A stretch of DNA of 20,434 nt from Ginkgo biloba (taxonomy: Eukaryota > Plantae > Ginkgophyta), in NCBI GenBank assembly GCA_024626585.2, contig JANKJI020000002.1, positions 198,715,649 to 198,736,082 of the forward strand, in the 5' to 3' direction. The translations under genes were made by a program, and so were the position numbers. Below, piece after piece: positions 11,001 to 20,434 of the stretch (positions are counted from its first letter, which is position 1; each line of letters starts with the position of its first letter). The notes beneath the pieces were generated by a model, which saw only the letters and a list, made by a program, of their open reading frames with translations, ran no database searches and was not told where the DNA came from.

Positions 11001-14000
11001 ACTAACACCATTGCCAATCTTCATAAAGCTAATGTATCAAATGTTTGGTTATTTATAGATATTTTATTATTCATTTATAATTAATAAAAATAAATCCCTT
11101 AACTACGACCGATAAAACCTTATGAACACACAATAGTAGGGTATTAGTTAATAATCATTATTTTAATCAATTTTGTAATGATTGTTATTATTTTAATACA
11201 TAATGGGATGCAAATCATCCACCGATAATCCACTAATCATCTCAAGGTTTTGTTGTTCCTATTTGTTGTTAGTTAGTTTTACTGTACTACTAGTCNNNNN
11301 NNNNNNNNNNNNNNNNNNNNNNNNNNNNNNNNNNNNNNNNNNNNNNNNNNNNNNNNNNNNNNNNNNNNNNNNNNNNNNNNNNNNNNNNNNNNNNNNNNNN
11401 NNNNNNNNNNNNNNNNNNNNNNNNNNNNNNNNNNNNNNNNNNNNNNNNNNNNNNNNNNNNNNNNNNNNNNNNNNNNNNNNNNNNNNNNNNNNNNNNNNNN
11501 NNNNNNNNNNNNNNNNNNNNNNNNNNNNNNNNNNNNNNNNNNNNNNNNNNNNNNNNNNNNNNNNNNNNNNNNNNNNNNNNNNNNNNNNNNNNNNNNNNNN
11601 NNNNNNNNNNNNNNNNNNNNNNNNNNNNNNNNNNNNNNNNNNNNNNNNNNNNNNNNNNNNNNNNNNNNNNNNNNNNNNNNNNNNNNNNNNNNNNNNNNNN
11701 NNNNNNNNNNNNNNNNNNNNNNNNNNNNNNNNNNNNNNNNNNNNNNNNNNNNNNNNNNNNNNNNNNNNNNNNNNNNNNNNNNNNNNNNNNNNNNNNNNNN
11801 NNNNNNNNNNNNNNNNNNNNNNNNNNNNNNNNNNNNNNNNNNNNNNNNNNNNNNNNNNNNNNNNNNNNNNNNNNNNNNNNNNNNNNNNNNNNNNNNNNNN
11901 NNNNNNNNNNNNNNNNNNNNNNNNNNNNNNNNNNNNNNNNNNNNNNNNNNNNNNNNNNNNNNNNNNNNNNNNNNNNNNNNNNNNNNNNNNNNNNNNNNNN
12001 NNNNNNNNNNNNNNNNNNNNNNNNNNNNNNNNNNNNNNNNNNNNNNNNNNNNNNNNNNNNNNNNNNTATTAATATGGTGTTATCACTAAATTATTCGATA
12101 GTTTAAACATGGGGTTTTCAAAAAAAAAATATTGCTATTAGTTAGCCAACTTTCAAAATGTAAAATACATCAAAAAGCCTATAAAAGGTTAAAAAATTGA
12201 TCTGAGGGGTCATTATAGCCCTTTGATTAAAACAACAAAATCAAATAAAAGAGCCATAAACTAAAGTATTAGATTGAAAAAGGTTTTCAAAAATAAAATA
12301 ACATCAGTTAGTATAAAAACTAATCAATCCTTTCTCCAATTTTATGTTAGATCTCAATTGAATCAACCTCTAGAGTATAAATGACCTAGTTCAACATTTT
12401 TCATCATTTTTATACCTTTGCACTTTGATCTCAAAGGTTAACCATGATTAAGGAATATTTATGATAGATTTTATATAATTTTGTATCTTAAACTCTCATT
12501 TTTATCAATAGTGAGAGGAATAGTAGTTAGAATAGGAAGTAGAGGCCTCAACTATCTGGTAGAAATGATCAATCATTTCCCTTTGTCATCAACTATGTTC
12601 ATTAACAAGTCTAAAGAACCTTTAGTCTATGTTTGTTAGATCTGAAGACATTAACATAATTTTTTTTTGTAGTAATTAAATTAGGTAAATATTATCTATA
12701 ATTTCATGAATTCTACATTTACTATATTTTTGTTTAAATTTGATTCAGAAGAAACAAATAATAGATTAAGTCATGAATAATTAAAATTAGGAAATTTTGT
12801 ATGTTAGTTTAAGGGAGTCAATGATTAAGTTTGCATTCTCTTACTTTGTTTGTTAAAGTTTTCGTAATCTCTATATTTTTCCAATAATTCTTGATCAAAT
12901 TCAAATTCCTTAAATTTTAAACTTAGGGATTTAAGAACAAAATAAATAAATTTTGGTCAAAATTAGGAAATAATCTTAATTCCTAAGCCATTCCCATTTG
13001 ATACATTCATCTTTGAATGTTAATTTTAAGTTTGTCCTTTCTAAATATCCTTTCTTTTCCATTTATCATTTTTAATTTGCCACTTTTTCTAAAAGTGGAG
13101 AATTACATGTCATATTTGTCCAAATTCTCAATTTTGGCATCATCCCAAAATTAATGCATCATTCAGATATGATTGAAGTGTTTAATCTTCTTTTAAATCC
13201 TCAAATTATTTTTTCATACATATAAACAAAGTTAAATTATTATGGTTTTGGGGCTTTAAGAAATTCACTTGCTCCATCTTGATTGAATTATGTGATAAGA
13301 TGTTATTGAACACAATTTTTGAATTAGTCTTTAAAATTTTCTTAAAGGATACTTCTTCGTTTTTTCATGTTGCTTCTTTTCTTTTTAACATAAAAGTTCA
13401 AATTAAGATATCAACAAAATGCTTTAATTTTTTGTTATTTGTTTACCTTTAATTTGTTCAATTTTATTCACTTTCTCTATTGCTAGTTTGTTTATCATAT
13501 ACACATAAGAATAAAAGTCCTTTTTATGGTNNNNNNNNNNNNNNNNNNNNNNNNNNNNNNNNNNNNNNNNNNNNNNNNNNNNNNNNNNNNNNNNNNNNNN
13601 NNNNNNNNNNNNNNNNNNNNNNNNNNNNNNAAAATACTAGTGAAAGCATGTGTATTTTCTTTCTTTTTGTAATTTAATTATATGTATTGCTAAAAATGTG
13701 GGTTACATTAATAGTCTCTTACGCATGTTCTTGGTATCCATGAAATTAATCTCTATAATATAAGAAAACTCTAAAATATACATGTAACATTATCCCATAT
13801 AAAAACAAGATAACTATGTATTTGTTCAAGTTGAAAATGGAGTTGATTATTAGTTCTTCTAAGTAGGAGGCACTAGAGAGGTGATTTGAGCTAAGGGAGT
13901 TGAGTAAATTAGAGGTTGAATGTTCATCAAGGAAGAGATTTTTAACTTTATCATCATCCAATATTTTTATTTACTAAAGAAATCACTTACAAGAATATAG

Positions 14001-14556
14001 GGGATTCTCTTAGTACTTCAATAGAACTTGATCCATTATATTGAGAAGGAGCTAGACTCAAGCCCCTATAAAATTGGTTAGTTTTAGTTAGGGCTAGACA
14101 TATTCCATCTCATCTTTAATAGTCAAGATTTACAAAGTTTGCAACCTCTTATTTGTAACTTTAAGAAGCCTAGCTTGGGCCTCTTTTTAGGTAATGTTTG
14201 CAAAGTAATAATCATAATATTGAAGCCCATGTGATTACACTTTATCTAATTGTTATATGGCATTATTTTAACAAAAGATGACTAAGTTAATTTTTGTTTT
14301 GAATGTATTATATATTTTCAAATCAAAATCTACTAAAATATAAACATGAATAATTAAAATTTCTCTCCATATATGTGCCTAAATGTTTATATAATTGGAA
14401 TAATTTTATCATACTTTTAATAAACTAATCTAATAACTTCTACATCTTCATGAGTACAAGTTTATACCAAAAGGTTATTGCATTATCAATAATATAAGTA
14501 CTCTCTGTGTCCTGAGTTAATACACAAATTATTAGAAGAATCACCTTTAGATAAAT

Positions 14557-15044
14557 TGTAGTGACTCTGTATGGTTTCACTATTCAAACTAACCATAAAA
14601 TAATTTATTTTCATAAGCTACAACATCATGCACATGAATAATGCACCATAAAATAAAAGAAGACATACCTTACAAATCAAAAGATCATAATTTATTCACT
14701 AACTCTACAAATATTCAAAGTAACAATTATGATTACAAATGAGGCTTGAGTGTTCTTATATATTGACAATGGGCCTTCTTAACCTAAATCTTAGTCTTCT
14801 TTATGTAGACACTTACCACATATTTGTAGAGTGTTATTTATGATTACCCTTACAGAGGTCATTAGTTATGTCTACACAATTATCATAATTAACCATACCC
14901 ATACACATGGTTTTGGAGACGTGGCATTTTGTATGCTCTTAATATGGTTTTCCCTCAGAGCATGGGTGGTCATTGTTCCCTCAAGCTTCCACATCTGAAG
15001 GACCACCTCTTAGGATCTAGAAGCCTCCCATTAGGTTCATTACA
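14557..15044 (-). repeat. 3' LTR (~490 bp)
   Basis: TG...CA termini, homology to 17888-18171 and an adjacent PPT. Confidence 0.75.
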
Positions 15045-15058
15045 TTCCACCCCATTTT
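15045..15058 (-). promoter_or_regulatory. Polypurine tract
   Basis: Minus strand AAAATGGGGTGGAA immediately precedes TGTAATGAACC, the LTR start. Confidence 0.65.
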
Positions 15059-17448
15059 AATATGCTTTGACTTAAAGTATGAATTTTCATATGGTTGCAT
15101 CCTCTTCTCTCGACATCATTCTTCTTTATTTATTTTTTCCCATCTCAATTTCTTCATTGGTTTGGTTCCCTTGGTGATGTTAGATTGATTTTCTAAATAT
15201 GCAAATTTGTAGTCTTGGTATATGTCTTCTTGATTATATTGATGTCAATATGGTTACACTTTCTTATATCATAATCATTCCCTCATAATCATTAAGGTAT
15301 TGTTAGTGAAACCATGTGGTTCTTTGTCCTTTTTTTTTGCTTACTTTTAAATGATGGGATTATAGATTTTCATGATCTTGTGCCATTCCACCTTTGATAT
15401 CCTTTTGAAAAGATGTGACTTATGTCTTCGATTCATTTATTGATGAAGGCCTTGCTAATATAGGAGGTTACAAATAAATCCATCCCATGGTGCACTCACT
15501 TATAAATTTTATATCAATGGACTTATCTTTTAATATTTTCACTTCTTAAAATGGTTCATCTTTAGGTTCTTAATCGTATCATTGTAGTTCATCTTGTTTA
15601 TATTATCTATGTACAACATCTGCTTCATTCTCATCCTTATCTTCTTCTTCTCTTACTTTTTCTTCTTCTTTTTCTTTTATTTCATCTTTTGGATATCTTT
15701 CTTTATTTTGAGAAAATTCTCACGTGTTTAATCATAATTCTNNNNNNNNNNNNNNNNNNNNNNNNNNNNNNNNNNNNNNNNNNNNNNNNNNNNNNNNNNN
15801 NNNNNNNNNNNNNNNNNNNNNNNNNNNNNNNNNNNNNNNNNCAACTTCGTACAATAATGGATTTTAAGATTGTTGTAAAATCAAAGATTTCTCTTTCATC
15901 ATATGCAATAGAGAAAAAAAATCTACTTTAATGGTTTTGTGTCTGTATATAATTCTTCAAAGAAGCTTAGGGATTAGACTATAATATTTGCCATTTGGAA
16001 AAAATTTCATTGGTTTTGGCTTTTGATTATTAAGTCAGGGAAGGGGTTGCTTAATTCCTAACCCCTAATCCTGATTCAATTCATCTACACAAGAATGTTT
16101 TTTAGTAGTAAAAGAATTTGGCTTGTGTATAATTCAATCCCATAAGTAAGGTTTGTTGACTATAGGCTGTAGATTTGATCCATTTGTTCCTAGGTTTTAT
16201 GGACTATTGCCTATCTTAGGTTGAATAGAGGAATTTTTTGTATTTGTGTGCTTGCAAATTGATAGCAAATTTTGGTTATATGTTGAGCTACTTGGTTCAA
16301 TTTGTCTGTGACGAGTTTCAAAAACTTGCCAATGTGATGTATGTGATTCATAGGAGTGCATTATGGAGTGACAACAGTTGGCCATTAGAGGTTCACCTAC
16401 CAATTGATTATTAGAAAGTGGGTAGAAGAGTTGGTGAAAACCCTTAACTTCCAGGACACGATCTTGCATTCTATTATATTTGTTGATTTGGCTCAACTCG
16501 TGTGCCTTGATATGCATAATGAAAGTTTACTAACAACCACGTATATGGAGCCATTGGAATTTTGATACCTACACATATCATGGGCTAAATTCTATGGCTT
16601 CTTGTTATTTTTCTGTGCAGCTTGTTAGGGCATTTGAATGCAATCTTTAGATTCTTATCGGTGATAATTAATTTGTACTACTTGTAAATTTTATGGTGTG
16701 TAGACTTATATTTCAATGGATAAGATGGAGATGCAGGTATTGGATTTGGATAAAATGTTCAAGAGATAATGTTGATGTAGAATGTTGCTTACAGGTATGC
16801 ATAAACTGAGAAGCTTCTGTGGAGTTGTGTAGAAGTATGGTATGTCTGTCACCGCCTTCAACTATTCATGATCATTTTTCCCTTCTAGTTATGCTAAGTA
16901 TGTAATAGCATTACCGAGAATAGAATCGGCTATGCATGGCCATTCTTTTCTTGTCATTATAGTTTTTAGATGGGCGGCTATTACAAATGCTCCTCCATTG
17001 CCCTATGGATGGTCAAGATGTATCCATGGCCTTATGAAGAAAGGACTGACTCATGCAGTGTATACCCAAGGTTGCATTCTCAGGTTTTATACAGTCTTGT
17101 GTATTATAGATTATTAAACCCTAGTAAAGCAAATTATTCTCCAATGTATTCATAAAAGAGGGCACACTGTATTAGGAGAGCATTTAGATGATTATTGGAT
17201 GTGAATTTATTTGATTTTTCAAATTGTGACCTAAGGGGCCTTTGCTATGTCTTTTTTTTTATGTGACATAGAAAAGCCTAGATGTTGTTTTGTCTTATTG
17301 TATATATATATACACACCTAAAATATATTTTTTCTATTGTAGGTCGTAGTCTTAACAAAAAGCCCAGAGTTCAAATACAAAGTGGAAATCAGAGAAGAAA
17401 TAAGGGGATATATAGAACAACACATAAAAATACCTCTAAAAATAGTTT

Positions 17449-17709
17449 GAATCAATTACGTCTGCATTAAGGTTCTCTGAGCAATCTTTTATACGTAATT
17501 GAATGAATTATAACGTTTGCAGTCGGTTCTCTGAACAATCTTTTCTATGCAATTGTATCAATTATAACGTCAACGAAGCATACAATATTTCATAATAAAA
17601 TGAATTAATTACAATGTCTACAGGCGGTTCTTTGAGCGATCTTTTCTATGCAATTGAATCAATTACAATGTTTGCAGTCGGTTCTCTGAGCTATCTTTTC
17701 TATGTGATT
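17449..17709. repeat. 54-bp tandem array, 4 units plus a partial unit and an interruption
   Basis: Consensus approximately gaatcaattacaacgtttgcagtcggttctctgagcaatcttttctatgcaatt, at 17449, 17501, 17555 (partial), 17602 and 17656. Confidence 0.9.
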
Positions 17710-17887
17710 TTTGCATGCAACAGAATATCGATCAATTTGCATGGATTAGAATGGAATCAAAAAATTCAAGGTGTAAAGTTGTATGTANNNNNNNNNNNNN
17801 NNNNNNNNNNNNNNNNNNNNNNNNNNNNNNNNNNNNNNNNNNNNNNNNNNNNNNNNNNNNNNNNNNNNNNNNNNNNNNNNNNNNNNN

Positions 17888-18171
17888 TTATATACTCAAA
17901 ATGGACCTCCTTAGACTAAACCCTATCCTACCTCTATGTAGACACTTAACACATGTTTTTAATGTTATTTGTGATTAGTCTTATAAACATGGGCATCGCT
18001 TATGCCTGCATACTAATAAATATAGTCATACACATAAATTTAATGACATAACATGCCATCTCCTCTTAATATACTTCACCCTCAAAGCACATGTTGTCAT
18101 TGTTCACTTGAGCTTACACATTTGTAGGACCACCTCTTAGAATTTAAGAGTCTCCCTTGGGGTTCATTATA
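17888..18171 (-). repeat. 5' LTR (partial; remainder lost in gap 17788-17887)
   Basis: Collinear with 14756-15044. Shared blocks include tatgtagacactta, gtcattgttc, aggaccacctcttag and ggttcatta. Confidence 0.75.
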
Positions 18172-18999
18172 CAAATGAGTTAGTCTTTATTACTAATTGA
18201 TCACATAGTAAAATAAGATAAATAGATTAAATAATAATTAATAATTATTTAATTTGCTAAGAATATTAAGGATAAGATTTTTCCTAAGATAATTTTCTTA
18301 TTAAATTGGTTAGATAATCTCTTATTTGATATGATTAAAATCACTTGTTAAACATGGCATGCTACTTGAGTCGCCCATTGAACAAAAAATAAGGTTGAAC
18401 TAAGAAAGAAATAATAGGTCAAACATTGCATCTTCCATGACCCTGCAAAATAAAGAAGAATTGTAAACCCTAAGTGCCTTAGGAGAACTCACCCAACGAA
18501 TGTTGCCTTGTGCATTGTTCCATTGGGAAGACTCGTTGCCTATATATATGCACTTGACCCTTGCACCTAAGAACTCAACCAACTTGAACTAGTTGAGCAC
18601 TACACCCACTAGGACCAAACAAACTAAGATATGAGTGTCATTGTCACTAAACCTTTAAGGAAACCCCAAATCCTTGCGGAGGGAGACCTAACCCTAGCCT
18701 CCAAGCAATTATCTAAAGATTTTATTCTCGACATCCATGAAAGGGGCCCTTATCCGTGCATTCAGCAAGATCGTTGCCTCCTTTGACAATAAATCTAAAC
18801 CCGAATATGATTAAGGGTAGGAGGGTGTTGTCTTTGTGGTGGAGGAGAGTCATCTCTTCTTCCTCCATCAAAACCTTAGTAGAGCCCTAAATTCCATCTA
18901 ATTATTCGATCTAGCGAGAAGTTTTTTTCAAGATCTTTAACTTTTTTATGATTATATACAACTTTTCCTGAGTACACAATCTAAGAGTATAATTTAGTA

Positions 19000-20434
19000 G
19001 ATGACTAGTAATTAACTTGCATATATGTAGTTGCCAACAAGCACCTACAATCTATATTAGCTTACAAATAGTAAGCTAAAGAGAAATGTCACATTCTAGT
19101 GGAGTTTGGGAGAGATATAGATCCTTTAATGTTATCATACCTTTGGAATCTTGATTAATACAATTCTTCTTTCTCCATAGTATTTTGTGTGCCAATTTCT
19201 TTGTTTTAAGTTGTATACAGTTAAGATTGTGTCTAACAAATTTGAATAGATTGGTGTGCATTCTTGGTGTAGCTCTTTTAATTTGACCTAATCTGGTAAA
19301 CTCTTACAAATTGGTAAAGACTTTCACTACATATATGCGCTCAAACAAAAGTGACACATTATAAATATCCTTCAAGAAAGCCTCACATTATATTAAATTT
19401 GGAATTGGTTCACCTGTCTTATCAGTACAAACTTGCTAAGTAGTTGATATTGAATTTTTGTTAGAGGATTCATATTTAACTGAGTTAAATTAACCATTTA
19501 AAAATCAAATTGCACCAAAGAGGAGACATCTAATACCATCAATTTGGATGTACCATTAAAAGCATAGAGTCTTTGATGAAATATTTGGTTATTCATGTAG
19601 ACCATGATAAGGATCTAAACACCACCAACAATAATTGTCCAAAGGAACTTTGAATGGGTAGAAGAAGGAGGAATAGTTGTTGGCCATGTAGATACCAAGT
19701 ACTCTAAAATATTTTGGTGTTTATGTTACATCTAAGTTTAAAAGTTTTCCATAGAAATAGTTCACTTGCATCGCTGATTTGATTAAGAGTAACACTAGAA
19801 ACTATGGACTAGTGTATCATCTTTCTTCTTGGAAGCTAGACATAGGAATGGTCCTAAGATTCCCTATGTTTTAAAATGCATTACTAGTAAGAAGGCATTA
19901 TTTTGTGTTTACCTTAACAATATGTTGTGCTTAGGTTGAGCATTTTTACTCCAAATAGTCATGTAAATTAGATACCTACTAACCAAATTTCTTGTGTTTT
20001 GTTTCATAAGATCCTAATGCACAAGTTGATGTGTGAAAGGGAAATCATTTATCTTCCTTCTTTGTCCTTCTTGTGCATCTTGCAATTGATTGAGATTATC
20101 AATTCTTCTTGTCATACAAATTGATAAAATGTCTTGTAAAGTTGCTTGTTATGTTGATAATGATTGTGGTGTTATTTATCTCGGTATTTAAGTTAGAGTT
20201 ATGAGTCTTCATTCTAATGGATTGATAACATCACATAGTTCAAGGAAATTAACTTCTTAAATCTTTGACTTATAAGGAAGGCTCATCGATTTGCAGGTGT
20301 GAAGATGAATCCCTCCACTTATAAGTTTGCAAACATGTACTTTGCCTTTCTAAACTAGGATGCCACCATAAATTTGGAGTCACAAGTTTCTCACCTTTAG
20401 AAATTAATTACTAAACTTTAGTTCTCTTTGATGG
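19000..20434 (-). mobile_element. Decayed Ty3/gypsy pol (RT to RNase H connector) remnant; ends approximate
   Basis: Minus-strand motifs in gypsy order: SKKKDDTL (~19820, cf. VKKKDGTLR), a PFG-like stretch (~19640), LIMVYMNNQIF (~19611-19579, cf. VYxDDILI), LNMNP (~19470, cf. LKLNPxKC) and W...TLKDLYLSQTPL (~19180-19097, cf. FxW...LKxYLSxPPLL). Many stops. Confidence 0.5.

Larger units (their letters stand above)
14557..18171 (-). mobile_element. Ancient LTR retrotransposon with degenerate internal region (two internal gaps)
   Basis: Direct-repeat homology between 14756-15044 and 17888-18171. Termini tgtagtgac...gttcattaca form an imperfect inverted repeat (TG..CA). A minus-strand PPT abuts the left LTR. 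Flanks taaat (14552-14556) and caaat (18172-18176) match 4 of 5 as a TSD. Confidence 0.75.

Noticed and set aside
5707-12072. Long ORFs composed mostly of X (5707-6156, 6970-7489, 11203-12072)
   Set aside because: Artefacts of translating through N runs.
12067-14550. AT-rich region with LTR-end-like strings (aaaagtggagaattaca ~13091, gtgggttaca ~13698)
   Set aside because: Probably repeat-derived, but I could not establish paired termini, a PBS or a coding motif.
16197-16517. 106-aa minus-strand ORF with a C/H cluster
   Set aside because: No convincing domain. At best a decayed gag-like remnant inside the LTR element.
17449-17709. Repeat-spacer look of the 54-bp array (also 2870-3006) as a CRISPR-like array
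   Set aside because: The units are contiguous and degenerate, with no regular unique spacers and no cas genes, in a eukaryotic context.
20000-20400. Faint copia RNase H-like similarity on the minus strand
   Set aside because: Too weak, and its position upstream of the RT motifs is the wrong order. More likely part of the gypsy remnant.

Overview
Eukaryotic, AT-rich, repeat-dense plant genomic DNA. The long introns and old retroelement debris suggest a large-genome plant such as a gymnosperm, but that is inference. It contains many N runs: five of exactly 100 N look like assembly gaps, and the variable-length ones may be masking or sized gaps. The only clear gene is cytosolic 40S ribosomal protein S14 (uS11) on the minus strand. 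Its three 3' coding exons are unambiguous (689-604, 484-355, 240-173), and a probable ATG-only first coding exon lies at 6616-6614. I could not find the exons for about residues 2-56 in the visible sequence. The inferred intron holds an antisense 5'-truncated LINE-type insertion with a 16-bp target-site duplication and two tandem RNase H tails, a candidate cassette exon, a 12-bp hairpin and minisatellites. The rest is decayed transposon sequence: an L1 ORF2 remnant (~8.6-11 kb), an old LTR element with paired LTRs, PPT and near-TSD (14557-18171), a 54-bp tandem array, and a Ty3/gypsy pol remnant (~19-20.4 kb). I see no convincing novel biological system. The best leads are possible alternative or autoregulatory splicing of RPS14 and the double-RNase H retroposon.
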